A stretch of 63,099 bases of DNA, the filler included, from Reticulomyxa filosa (Eukaryota; Protista; Foraminifera), in the NCBI GenBank assembly GCA_000512085.1. It is 19 parts of 19 records of this genome, joined end to end, with 100 filler letters (N's around TTAATTAATTAA, not from the genome) between each part and the next. Parts side by side here need not be neighbours in the genome. Positions count along the whole stretch, not along the records: positions 34,845 to 37,797 come from ASPP01003884.1; positions 37,898 to 40,496 come from ASPP01000748.1; positions 40,597 to 51,759 come from ASPP01024399.1; 16 more parts are not named here. One strand, given 5' to 3'. The notes beneath the pieces were generated by a model. It was not told the DNA's origin. It searched no databases and saw nothing but the letters and a program-made list of their open reading frames with translations. Positions 35,214-48,206 of this stretch are shown here, in pieces. The first letter of the stretch is position 1; the number at the start of each line of letters is the position of its first letter. A program made the translations under genes and the position numbers.

Positions 35214-37797
35214 GTGCAGTCACCGCAGCAATCTCGACGACCAACAACGACGGAAAGCTCGGCTATGTCTCTCGTGTCAGGATCGTCTTCAACGTCGGCG
35301 TCAGCATCAACCTCGGGATCAGGGTCGAGGTCGGGGTCAGGATCATCTCCATCACCATCCAACTCACGAACGAGAAGCATGAAAGGACATCGACACAGTG
35401 GCGATGATGACATTTCGCCAATGATGGAAACGCAGTCCATGGGCCATCACCAACGGTCCGCGACGACCGAAGACCCGCCTCCCGGATTTGATTCCAACGA
35501 TATCAAATTCGCCGGAAAAGCCGTTCTGGAAACACACAGCAGCTTTGAGCGTGAAAGGGAAAATCGAGCTAGTCGTGCTAATGGACACAACAACTGGAGA
35601 CAGCGTCAATACAGCCATAGTACTAACAATAATAACAATAACAATAATAATAGTAACAACAATAATAATAATAGCAATAATAATAATAATAATAATAATA
35701 ATAGCAATAATAATAATAATAACAACAATAAAAATAAACGTATGATTCCTGGTGGGAAGGATACAGGAAGTAGAAGTGTGGTGCATAGTCATTCGCGTGA
35801 CAACTATGACGCGAATATAGACAACGATGACAATTACGCAGAATATGACGATGATGATGAGGGTGATGCAATTCCAATTGGAAATCCGGGAAGTGATCTA
35901 AAATGGCGGGTCAGCGATCGATTTCATGGACGAAATAACAGCAATGATTTCAATAACAATGACAACAATAATAATAACAAAAATAATAATAATAATAATA
36001 ATAGCAATAATAATAACAACAGCTGTGACAATATCAATGTACATACCAAACGTAAAAATAACGAACCGAGAGACGATGGCAATGGCGGCGAGGAGACGTA
36101 CTCCACTATCACAAACACCGCCGGGGCCTACGATATCATTGTCAATTGCATGCGTGACGTAGTGAATCTTGCACATACTGACTTTGGCAACGTCGAGAAA
36201 ATCCATGCCGGTTTGGCTCAACAAAAAGGGCAGACCGAAATTGCCAAGCAAGCTAAAGAGAACGCACAGTCCGCGGTGCAAACCGAGTCCACGGAAAAGG
36301 AGACCAAAGCTCTCGACGGCAACACTCCACACGAAGAGCTCAAATATTCCGTCAAAGAACTTATCATTTTGGGCTCTATTCCTGTGTTCCAAGATATGTG
36401 TGAAAATAGTGCCATTCCAGAGGAAGTTCGCTTGTTTAGTAGCTCTATTTTTTTTTTTTTTTTTTTTTTTTCAAATAAAAATAAAAAATAAAAGAGTGTG
36501 TGTATGTAACAAACATGCAAAAAAAAAAAAAAATGCTTTGTTTTGAATAGCAAAATGCAACCACAAACACGAGATGGAAGAAAGGATCAAAGAAATCGCT
36601 TTGCAAATGCACGGACGCGTGGACGAGGTAGCTCCGAGGGTGGAGGAAACGTAGATGAAAGCCCGGCGTTGCCACCCACGAACCCGTCATTGCGCAAAGC
36701 TGTGTCGTCCACTGATTCGTTTGGACGGCGACTGTCGACAGACTCGTTGCAAAAGCTGAAGCGCGAAATGAACACGGTGAGTTGGAGGACCACGAATAGC
36801 AGTGTGTCCGAAAGCGGCGAAGAACTAGTCAGAGAGATTACATCATTGAACATGACAAAAAGCAATGAAGAGCACAGACTCCACATTCCAATCTCGTCCA
36901 GCATAAATCAAGCGATGGCCGACCACACTGCCATCACTACTTCTACTAATACTATTAATACTATTAATACTATTAATACTACTAATACTACTACCATTAC
37001 TGCAACGACGCCGTCAGGCAATAGTAGTGTTGGTGCAATGAAGCATGGTCATGCTGGGATCGCCAGCCAAGACAAAACGACAAAATCAGCAATAACAACA
37101 GGCAAAGACAGTAATGACAACAATAACAATAACAATAACAATAACAATAACACTGTAAACAATGGCACGAAAGTCGGCTTCATAAACGACGCGAATAACA
37201 ACAAAGGGTCGAACTTGTCTTTGTCACATGCCGAAAAGGTGCCGACGCATGAAGGGGGCATTGCGGAGGCCGCTGAAAGAGACAAGGACAGAAAAGTAGA
37301 GAGCAAAGACAAGACCGACAGATATGCGGTAAGCACCTCGTCGTTGCAGGTTCAAGTGGGATTGAAGCAGAAACAGCAGCCTCTTCCTCTTTCTCTTCAA
37401 AGTGTGGATGCCATTGTCAATGCCTTTGTGGAGACTCCGTTTGGACCTGAAGAGATGGGCGGTCATAGTCACAATCACAATCACAATCATTCGAGTGAGC
37501 CCTATGAAGCAGTCTCTCCTCCAGAGCCCTTGGAGGAACAGCTTCAGCCGCGCAACATCACTCCACCTTTACGGTCTAACGAGGGCGAAGAGCCCGAGGA
37601 CGAAGAACGAGAGATCTTGTGGGAGGATGAAAACGCCGAGTCGATTCAAAAGCGAGGCGAGTTTCAATTCGCTACGTTGGACAAAGTGAAAGAGCAGCAA
37701 TATTTGGAAGTGCACGGCAAACTGCCCAGTCATGTGTATACCTTGTCAACCGAAGAAGAAGAAGAAGAAGAACAACAACAACAACAACAACAACAAC
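35214..37797 (+). CDS. Large low-complexity (poly-N, S/T, E/Q) intrinsically disordered protein; partial
   Basis: ORFs 35214-36491 and 36543-37797 are separated by a T/A-run intron (~36426-36550). Coding (AAT/AAC)n tracts are present, as is YSVKELI (YxxxxL-phi). Confidence 0.65.
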
Positions 37798-37897
37798 NNN
37801 NNNNNNNNNNNNNNNNNNNNNNNNNNNNNNNNNNNNNNNNNTTAATTAATTAANNNNNNNNNNNNNNNNNNNNNNNNNNNNNNNNNNNNNNNNNNNN

Positions 37898-37929
<32 letters not shown>

Positions 37930-37930
<1 letters not shown>

Positions 37931-39001
37931 AAAATACAGAGATTACAATACTACTTAAACATTGGATGAATTCGTTATTAGCTAATGCGCTTGGATGGAT
38001 TGAAGAATTTAACACTATTATTTTACGATATATATTGGTATGAAATGTACTTTTAATTTTTTTTTTTTTTATGACACATACAAACTATACACTTACCCAA
38101 AAAATGCATATTAGCCAAAGTATTTTGAACAATTAAAAGTTTTTCACGGGCATTCTGATTCAGTGAATATTGTAAAATTTTCACCAGATGGAACAAAAAT
38201 TGTTTCATCTTCAAATGATGCAACAATTCGAATATGGGATGTTAATTTAAAAAATGAAATAAAAATACTGAAAGGACATTTGAATTATGTTAATTATGCA
38301 GAATTTTCACCAAATGGTGATACGATTGTATCATGTTCTACCGATAAAACTATACGATTATGGGATGTACAAACAGGTAATGAAATAAAAATATTGGGAA
38401 GACATAAACGTAGTGTAAAAATTGCAACATTTTCTCCAGATGGAAAAATTATTGTGTCTGGTTCAGCTGATGGAGAAATCATAATATGGGACGCAAAATC
38501 TGGGCAAACGAAAAAAACATTGGGAAAAAAGTTTAAAGTAATACGTGATATAGCATTTTCACCAAGCGGTGAACAAATTGCGGTTGGAACAGAAAATAAA
38601 GTTGAAATTTGGAATGTGTATTTATGGGAAAAATACAAGAATTCAAGGAAAATTTAGAGTATGAACAGAAGGTACAATTTTCTCCTGATGGTTCTTTTAT
38701 TTTATGTTGTTCAACATCTGGAATATGCCAAATATGGGATGTAGCTTCAAGAACAATGATAAAGCGATTAGGTGAGGAGTATCAGCATATGACGAATGCA
38801 AGATATTTTCCAGATGGACATACTATAGTAACAGGTCTAGAAGATTGCACAGTTCGATTGTGGAACGTAAGTTCAGGAGAGGAAATACAAAGATTGGAAG
38901 GACATGAATTAGAACTGTTAGGATTGGATACCTCTCCAGATGGCTGCATTATCGTATCATCTTCTGAAGATAACACTATTCGATTGTGGAGACAACTGTG
39001 A
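37930..39001 (+). CDS. Box-WD40 protein, FSPDG-type WD40 subfamily; one frameshift at ~38620-38650
   Basis: Phase-0 exon 37930-38037 KNTEITILLKHWMNSLLANALGWIEEFNTIILRYIL splices to 38115 PKYFEQLKVFHGHSDSVNIVKFSPDG, followed by GH..FSPDG..D.TIRLWD repeats. Confidence 0.85.
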
Positions 39002-39689
39002 ACAAGAAGAAAACCATTTTTTGATTTAAGCAAATAGATATCATAATTGATAGTATAGTCGTATTGCTTGGTTGTTTTATGATATTTATCTACAAAAATG
39101 AACATAATCATTTTTTTTGATGTTATTTTTTTTACACTTCATAAGTGTACATTTTTGAAAGAATTAGAAAAGATGTAATAAAAAACTAAAACCATATTTA
39201 AAAAGTACACAATTCGTAAATATTTTTAAAAAATTAGGTTTAAATGTTGTTTCTTCATGAAAAAAATCAATCATCTCTATTAGGCGTCGACTTTCTTTTG
39301 TATTTGTATACAATAATAATTTCTAGACAATGCCATACACATGTTGATCATTTCTTAAAAATTACTTTCTAATGATACCGATAAAATTGATTTTATCTTT
39401 ATGGAATTTAAAAACAGCAAATGAAATCTTTTCATTCAGAAAAAAGATAAATTTATTTCAAATTAAAAACATCTTTTAGAGAATGTATTAAAATTGTCTT
39501 CATTGATGGATTTAATTTTGATTATATTTTTTGTGGAAATTTTGTCAACGAATTGTCAGACGTAAAATATTGAATACAATGATATGATTAATTGAACTAT
39601 CGTTCCTCTTTTTTATTAGATGCAAAAATTCTCGCAAAAAAATATTAATCACAAATGTTGTAGCAATTAAAAATAAACTTTTTCATGTG

Positions 39690-40445
39690 CTCATCCCCAA
39701 ATATGAATTGGACCATCTGATGAACCATAACATAAATGAACACTACAATCATAATTCTTTCTTTTCTTTTTTAGTGACACAACTTAAAATAATGTATTCC
39801 ACTGTCTACACCATCTCCTTTAATCACATACAATTCTTTCTTATTTCCTAAAATCGAACTGTATTGTCAACTGATCCAGGATATATCACACTTGAACCAC
39901 CAACAGCATTACCACTATTTTTATTACAAATGATGAATATTCAACAGACAATACAGCATTTGTGTGTCCATTGAACAATTGAATTTGTTGACAGGATCGA
40001 ATATCCCATAAGCGAATACTTGCATCATATGACCCAGATAATACTATATTTACTAATTCATTTGATTGTTATCGCTTTGCAATGGTGAAATATCGACACA
40101 CCAAACACCGTATTTATGCTCACTGAAAGCATGTGATAATTTGGATGTTTCAACATCCCATAAACGAATTGTTTTGTCCCCAAATCCAGAACATAGATAT
40201 CTACCACCACTAAACGGTGGAAATTCAATATCACAAGGACTATATGTGTCTTAGTTGAGTGATTTCAATAGTTGATTATCATTGAATGACTGAATTTGTT
40301 TGTTATCATCAACATTCAATACCGAAATGTTTTATCATTTGATCCAGAGCAAAGAATTGATAATCACCAGATGTTGAATTATCAATATTATACACATGGC
40401 TGGTGTATTCAGGAATGTTTTGAGTAATTTTGACGACAAAGATAG
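39690..40445 (-). pseudogene. WD40 pseudogene (ICSGS subfamily)
   Basis: Fragments GRYLCSGFGDKTIRLWDVETSK, SGSYDASIRLWDIR and LCYGSSDGPIHIWG with many frameshifts and deletions. Confidence 0.85.
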
Positions 40446-40457
40446 CTGACTGTTGAA

Positions 40458-40496
40458 TACAGTAGATTGCAAAAAAAACTGCCATACCTGAATGGC
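40458..40496 (+). mobile_element. Tc1/mariner-like TIR at contig end
   Basis: TA|CAGTAGATTGCAAAAAAAACTGCCATACCTGAATGGC, i.e. a TA target and a CAGT terminus. Confidence 0.75.
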
Positions 40497-41379
40497 NNNN
40501 NNNNNNNNNNNNNNNNNNNNNNNNNNNNNNNNNNNNNNNNTTAATTAATTAANNNNNNNNNNNNNNNNNNNNNNNNNNNNNNNNNNNNNNNNNNNNTCAA
40601 AATCCACAAGAAATGTTTTCTTCAATGGTACTGCGATCATATTTTCTGAGTTTTTTCCCCCACCACAAAAAAAGAACCAGAAAAAGCGCCCGTCCAGAAA
40701 AAAAGTTGATATAACAAGCTCGATCTTTTTCATATCCGCTGAAATAGATTTCTAAATAAACAAATTTTCAATTTTATGACAGCTTAAAAAAAAAATTTGC
40801 AACTTTGTTAAACGGTAAAACTTTTCTGATTTCACTTCTACCAAAACTTTTTTTGTTATTCTTCTTGCGTTGTGTTTTGAGAATTATTTTTTTATTTAAT
40901 TTTGTTTTATTGGAAACTTATTCAGTAATGAAGTTACTTTCGTATTACATTTAAGTCACCTCAACCTTCACACAAAAGAAAGAAGTTGTTACAAATAATT
41001 TTAAGTTATTGTTTGCCGTAATGCGATGCTTTGTGATGATTAAGATAAAAAATATAGTCACGTTTATTTTTGTATTTTTTTGTTTTCCGTAATTGGGATC
41101 TTTAATATTATTTGATTGACCCAAAACAAAATTGGAAGTTGTATTAGCAACATTATGATCACAAATAAATACGTTAAAATCAATTTCATCATTAGAAATA
41201 GAATATTTATAAGGTATCACAATATATGCAATCTTTTCTGCAAACTACTGAGTTTTATACATATATATTATTGTACAAAATTCAAAAGATGAAGAATGCA
41301 ATTCAGACACATCAGAAAGCTATATCGTCCAACGATAGTGAGAATAAGAATTTTGTCAGTGATTAATAAATTGGCAGCA

Positions 41380-42240
41380 AATCAAAGAGAGTGACAAAGG
41401 AGTACAAGAAAGAGTTGGAAGGACATTCGCAATATATTTCTAATGCCCAATTCTCGGCACTGTTGTATCTTGTGATCATGATTTGTTTTTAGTAAATGTC
41501 AATATTTCTTTCTGATGAGGGTTAAAACTTTTCTTTTTCTCGTTTTTGTTTACATCTAAGCTTTTTGTTGAGGTATAAGACAATATGATTTGAATGTGGG
41601 ATACTTTTTGCTTTTGACCGGCCAGAATCTTTTTTTGTTTAGAACTTTACAATAGTTTCGTGAGCATGGAAATTGCAGCTTACTTTGATATTTTGACCTC
41701 CTTGTCTGTACCCCTTGTTATTCGTATTATGTGATTCATAAACACACTCATTATTTGTCGAGTAATGACAACGGGGAACGTTACCCGTATAATACTCTGT
41801 TCACGTTGTATGGAAACTGTGCAGTGAAGCGTGCGAGCAACAAACACAAATACGATTACCTTATTGTCTTTTGATGGGCAAAGACAACGCACACAAACAC
41901 GCTAAGTAGTGTATAGAAGGTAGAAGAAGATGGAAGCGACAACACAATGCATACAAATAAATGGGTTCCTTTTACTGATGATAACAACAATCCAATTTCA
42001 ATTGGCAAGGATGAAGACAATTATTAAGGCGTGCATGCAGTGCTCGATGATATCAACAATGATCAAGCAACACCAGCATATTCAATTTGAACACGTTCCA
42101 ATATGTCAAACACATACGATCTTCCAGACAGATGATATTTTACGTTCATTGTTTTGTTTAAAATATGAGAGGGATAGGAAATGTTGTTATTTTGTGGAAC
42201 AACAGAACTGGTAATTGAATATATTGAACATGACAAAATG
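41380..42240 (+). pseudogene. Relics of WD40 (~41380-41620) and Kelch (~41950-42240) genes
   Basis: ELEGHSQYISNAQFS; NKWVPFTDDNNNPISIGKDEDNY*GVHAV matches the intact-family WIPFTD..IIGRDNDDYFGVRAV. Confidence 0.6.
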
Positions 42241-42320
42241 TGTAGAGGCAAATATACACAATTTTTGGAAATTAATTATTACTTAAAAAAAAAAATGAAA
42301 ATATTATCTTACAAAGGTTT

Positions 42321-43526
42321 TTATCCGAACAACCGAATTGGTCCATTAGTTGATCCATAGCATAAATTGTACGTATTATGCTTATTTTTATCATTTGCAT
42401 TACTTTCCAAAGACACAAATTGAAAACAAGATATGCCAGAATCTTCTTTCTTTCCTTCTATCTGGTGTAATTGTTTGTTGGTTCTTATATCCCAAAATTG
42501 AATTGTATTGTCACTTGATCCAGAGCATATGATGCCAATAACACCAGTATCTTTGTGATTATTTTCACATGGTAAATATTTGACACAATTTACATTGGCT
42601 GTATGTCCTTTGAAAATAGTAATTTCTTTATCAGACCGAATATCCCATAAACGGACAGTTTTATCTGCTGATCCAGAGCATATCATATTTCCTCCTCCAT
42701 TAATTTGTATTGAAAATGGTAAATAATGAACACTTCGTACCCAATCACTATGTCCTCTGAAAATAGCTAATTCTTTGGTTGTTTCGATATCCCATAAACG
42801 AATAGTTTTATCTGCTGATCCAGAGCAAATTGTGTATCCAGAACCATCAATAATATCAATTTTGGATTTATCATTATTATTAATTTTGCCATTACTTTGA
42901 GGTGAAAATTCAACACATCTGACAATATTTGTATGTCCATTGAAAACGTGTAATGATTTAGATGTTTCAACATCCCATAAACGAATGGTACAATCCCATG
43001 ATCCAGAACATAAATATCGTCCTCCAGCAAATGATGAAAAATCAATACCTTCAACACTTTCAGTATGATCACTAAATATCTCTAATTCTTTGTTATTTTT
43101 AAAGTCCCAAAAACGAATAGTTTTATCCCATGATGAAGAGCAAATAACTGGAAGATGATATTTACGGTAATAATAATTTGAAAATTTTACACAAAATACA
43201 TGATGTGAATGTCCATCAAAAGATTGAATTTGTTTTGTTGTTTCCACATCCCATACACATAATAAATCATCACGTGATCCAGAACAAAGATATTGAATAC
43301 CATCAAATGTGAAAAGATCAATACTGTCTATATGATTAGTATGTCCAGTGAAAGTTTTAAGTAATTTGGCAGAATGAAATAACTCCAAATCAAATGTAGA
43401 AGATGGATAAAAATTAGATGTGAATATATTTTCTTTTTTTTCATTATTGTCATCTTTTTGTATCCTTTTTATTCTTTTTGAGTTTATTCTTTCTTCGGAT
43501 TGTGATTCCTCTTTCTGCATATTCAT
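42321..43526 (-). CDS. WD40-repeat protein (ICSGS subfamily); 5' exon(s) unresolved
   Basis: Intact 401-aa frame with about seven WD40 repeats ending LCYGSTNGPIRLFG*. A GT-AG intron is likely at ~43587-43530. Confidence 0.9.
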   Translation of the reverse strand: MNMQKEESQSEERINSKRIKRIQKDDNNEKKENIFTSNFYPSSTFDLELFHSAKLLKTFTGHTNHIDSIDLFTFDGIQYLCSGSRDDLLCVWDVETTKQIQSFDGHSHHVFCVKFSNYYYRKYHLPVICSSSWDKTIRFWDFKNNKELEIFSDHTESVEGIDFSSFAGGRYLCSGSWDCTIRLWDVETSKSLHVFNGHTNIVRCVEFSPQSNGKINNNDKSKIDIIDGSGYTICSGSADKTIRLWDIETTKELAIFRGHSDWVRSVHYLPFSIQINGGGNMICSGSADKTVRLWDIRSDKEITIFKGHTANVNCVKYLPCENNHKDTGVIGIICSGSSDNTIQFWDIRTNKQLHQIEGKKEDSGISCFQFVSLESNANDKNKHNTYNLCYGSTNGPIRLFG

Positions 43527-43895
43527 TTCTTAATTTCATTATTTTAATCAATTAAAAAAAAAGGAAATTAAAATATTATTATCATACCTCAGTTTTTAAT
43601 GTTTGTTCTTTTTTTTCATTATCTTTTTATCAAAGTGTTTTAAACTTGTGTATACTTTTTTGTCTAAGTGCATATCACAAGATGCACATTATCTTGGTAT
43701 TGATGAATCCATAGGTTCATGTATTGATCAACAATAAATATTCTTGTAACAAAGATTTAAACAAAAGTGGATTTTTCACACTCTTGTACTGTCTTACATT
43801 GGAATGCTAAGAATATTCTGGTTTATTCGACTCAAAAAAAACTATTGAAAAAATCCCTTGTGAAAACAAAAGGAAATTGACCAGATTGGATAACA

Positions 43896-46138
43896 ATGAT
43901 CAAACTAGAGAACCAAACAACTGAAGAAAAAAAATCTGGAGAAGCCTTTCTTTCGGCACAACAGGCTTGCTTCAATAAAAACTATTTCTTAGAACTTGAC
44001 CAACACGATCAACTAAATGATTTTATTTGTTTGATCTGTAAGCAAATTGTTTACGAACCTTTTGAAATTAATTGTACACAACACCAAAACTTGGATGGAC
44101 TACTACTTGTTGGAGAGCATTGTTTAAAGAAATTTCTCAACGACAATCCTAATTCGTGTCCAGTTGAACCACATGGCACTTGTCAGTACGCTAAAAGCAG
44201 ACTGGCACAACGTTACATCAATGAATTAAAGATTACATGTCCAAGACAACTTGCACAATCGCAACAGCAGAAAGGAAAAGCAAACGATATTATATGTAAT
44301 TTTGTAGGGAAGTTGAAGGAATTAAATGCACATTTGAACAATTCATGCCCTTTAAATTCTGTTGACTGTTGGTTTAAACCCTTTGGCTGCAACCACAATT
44401 TATATAAGCACGAGTTACAAGAGCACTTGACATCAAAGATGCGATTCCATTTTGATTTAGTGATTAAATCATTTGATACATTAAAACAAACCATACAATC
44501 ACTTCAAGTTTAATATATATATAATATATACATATATATTTTGTAAAAAGTTTTACCAAATAATAAATAACAAAAAATAGAATGAATTAATACAATTGCA
44601 GTCACAAAACCAGCAATTGCATTTGCAAATACAATCGAAAAAGAAAAAAGATGAAAAAGATTTAGCTCTTCTTAAAAATAACACAGTTTTAGAATACAAT
44701 AAAAAATATCAATACTTTTTAAACTTGTTTTTTTTTTATATTTATGTATATGTGGGGAAATGAATAGAATGAAATAATTGTCGAAATTGCGAAATTGAAA
44801 AAAGCTACTAACAATAAATTGGAACAAATTCACGTACAAGAGGATATCCAAAAATCAATGGAAATCATTCAATCAAAAGAAAAGCAACAGCTGAGGAAAG
44901 AGATAGAAATAAACAATATAAAAAAAGAAGATGAATCAGGATTGCCCGAACTTAGTGTTGGTTTAGATAATATGGAAACAGATTTCTTTGATAGCGACAA
45001 ACAAATATCATCTCATCATGATCAACAAAAAGAAAGCTTTAAAACACAAGATTATAAAAGTAATATTCCCAACAAAAATACAGATATCGAATTTAAAGAT
45101 AAATTTTTTTCTTCTACTGCTAATCTTGATTCATTTTATCATGCTAAACTGATGAAAACATTCACTGGACATAGTGGTATTGTTTGGAGTGTTGATTATT
45201 CACCATTTGATAATGGTCGTTTCCTTTGTTCTGGATCATGTGATAAAACAGTTTGTCTTTGGGATGTAAATGCTAGCAAACTACTGAAAATTTTTAATGG
45301 GCATTCAGATTATATTCGCTGTGTAAAATTTTCACCTTATCATTATCATAAATATAGTCGTTATATAATTTGCTCTGCTTCAATTGATGAAACGATTCGC
45401 TTTTGGGATTTTGAAAGTAAAAATGAAAGTCAAATACTTAAGGGACATAATCTTGGTATTTGTAGTATTCAATTTTCACCATTTAGTAATGGCCAATATT
45501 TGTGTTCTGGATCATGGGATAAAACTGTTCGTTTATGGGATATTGAAACATTGAAACTATTACAAATTTTTAATGGACATACAAATCGTATTTGGTGTGT
45601 AACATTTTCACCATTGCAAAGTAATGCTAATGTTGGTATTGTCGGAGGTTCCGGTTATACAATTTGCTCTGGCTCAAGTGATGATACAATTCGCTTATGG
45701 GATGTTGGAACAGCCAAAGAATTGATTGATTTTAAAGGACATACAGATGGAGTAATGAGCGTAAAGTACTTGAATGAAAATATAATATGTTCTGGATCAG
45801 TTGATAAAACTATACGATTATGGGATATCAGATCTAAAAAAGACATCAATGTATTTAAAGGACACGCAGATGACATTAACTGTGTTGATTTTCCACCATT
45901 TGGAAGTAGCTGTGATGGAATTGGATTCAGCGCTACAAACATAATATGCTCTGGGTCATGGGATAATACAATTCGTTTTTGGGATGTTCGCACAAATAGA
46001 CAATTACACGAAATTAAAGGATGCGATAATGACGGTGGAATAGACTGTCTTCAATTTGCTCCATTGAAAAGTAAATGTGATTATAGCACTACCCTATGTT
46101 ATGGATCACTTAAGGGTTTTATACGCATGTGGGAATAG
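43896..46138 (+). CDS. RING-like/TRAF zinc finger - coiled coil - WD40 protein (TRAF7-like architecture), intact
   Basis: Exons 43896-44507, 44581-44685 and 44768-46138, all phase 0 and in frame. Motifs are FICLICKQ..C..H..GEHCL..CPV (RING-like) and CP..C.F.GKL..L..HL..CPL..VDCWF..GC..L.EHL (TRAF Zn fingers), followed by about seven WD40 repeats. Confidence 0.9.
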
Positions 46139-46309
46139 ATTTAATTTCTTACAAAATTTTTGGTGTCTTTTATTTTCTTTTTTCCAAAAAAAGGAATGCC
46201 ACATTTTAAGATTATCTTTGATGACTTAATAACGTATGTTCCAAAAGAAATAATTGCACATTGACAAAAATAAACTCCTATATGCCCACTTTTTTTGGTA
46301 TTTTTTTGT

Positions 46310-47110
46310 ATACAATATCATCTTCCGAACAATTGGATTATTTTACTTGTACATTATACCGCAATGATATTTCTATCAAATGAAATATCCATACATAACA
46401 TATCTATAATGATATATCCAAAATGTTGTGTAATCACTTTGAGTATTACATCCCAGAATTGCATACCATTTGGCCACAAGCTACAGTTGCTTGGCTATCT
46501 GGTAAAAATCTTACATCATTTGTTTCACCCCTTATTTCAAATTTTGCAATCTCCAATCTTGTTTGTGCATTCCATATGTGGATTATTTTATCACTTGAGC
46601 ATGAAACAATAAATCTATCATCTCCAGAAAATAATGCTTTTTGCACACTACTGAAATGCCCTTTATGTATATATTTTTTTACTTATTTTTATATCCCATA
46701 TTCCAATTGTAGTGTCACAGAGGGCATTGCCCATCTGGTGAAATTGCACGTTGAGAATTGCATCGGTGTGTCCTTCAAGTTTTTTAAGCAATATTCCAGA
46801 ACTAACACCCAAATATGAATTACATCATCACTTGAAGACGATACAATGAACGTCCTTCTGGTAAAAATTGGACACTTGTTACAACATAAAATGTCCTCTT
46901 AATATCATTAACTCATTTCCAGATTCCAAATTGTATTATTTCGTCCACCAAATTACCATCTGGTGAAAATTATTCATGTGTTACACTTCCGAAATGCCCT
47001 CCAATAAAATGCACAAACGTCTTATCTTCGCTCAATATAACAATCTAATATTTTAGTCCAATGGGTAAAGTGATTGCGACCATTTATTCTTAAATGTTGA
47101 ATATTTGTAT
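46310..47110 (-). pseudogene. WD40 pseudogene (FSPDG subfamily)
   Basis: GHFGSVT..FSPDG, FSGDDRFIVSCSSDKIIHIWN and VQFHQMG fragments broken by frameshifts and stops. Confidence 0.75.
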
Positions 47111-47249
47111 GTTTCATGATTGAATGCATTAAAAAAAATGAAAATACCATTTACATATCACATTTACATTTAAAAAAGCTCATTAATGAAAAAGTTTGTA
47201 CTTTAAAACATCTCACTCGGTTGATATCTTCATCGTAATCAACCGCTAA

Positions 47250-47885
47250 TCACACATTACCAGAAAATAATATCAGTTCTATTTTTCTCGGTTTTTATAT
47301 TTGATAATTCTTCATCTCATTTCTTACCACAAAATCATGATAACACAAAACACAAGAAGTAAGCATGTTAGTATATGACACATTGCAATGTATCCAAATT
47401 GAATATATGTATATTCATTGAGCGATATGTGATTATCAACAAATGTTTTTTACTTCCCTCAATCATTGACGTGCTCCTTCGTAATTGACATCTTTTGCAA
47501 AATATTAATATGTTTGTTATTATCTTTGAAATGTAACTATTCTTCAATGTTTTTTTCCATTGCAATTTCAATTTTTTCTTCTTTTTTATCTTCGTTATCA
47601 CTATTTCAAACACTCACATATTTCATTATCAATGCATGTTTGTATACTTCACTATAAAATAATGTAATTTAATTTGAATTGGTAACATTGTTCAGTTTTA
47701 CCACACAATGTACAAATAATATAATCCTACTTGGAACTAGCAAATATATTTATACTGCTTTTGATTTTATTATTAAGGTAGCAGTCTCTTTTATACTATT
47801 CTCACAAACTAGGATTTCATGTTTGTAGGCTACATGTTGGCATTGATAAAGCGGGACATTCAAGGGAGCATAGTTTCAAAAGCAA
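47250..47885 (-). pseudogene. Kelch pseudogene
   Basis: Fragments VPLYQCQHVAYKHEILVC, KQYKYIC, KHALIMKYVSV and IEGSKKHLLIITY..IFNLDTLQ parallel 31297-32386. Confidence 0.75.
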
Positions 47886-48206
47886 CATAAACGTTTCAAA
47901 CAACATAAACGTTACAAAATAAGCAAACTTGGGACGAAACAAATGTGGCAGCTGGAGAAAACACTAAAATAAGTCAATAACCCCATTCAGCTAAACACTG
48001 CAAATACATAAATAGCATCACATATGACTGCCAAACCGTTGGGCAAGCAACAGTGTAGTAGCACAATAAAACATTTATGTACAAAATGAACTGTAGTTAA
48101 TCCAGTTTCAACATATATTTTTTTTCTTTCAGTTTTTCATATTCAGCTTTACTCCTCTTTGCTTTATTCGTTTTTGGCTTGTCGGACTTTTAATAATTGA
48201 AATATG

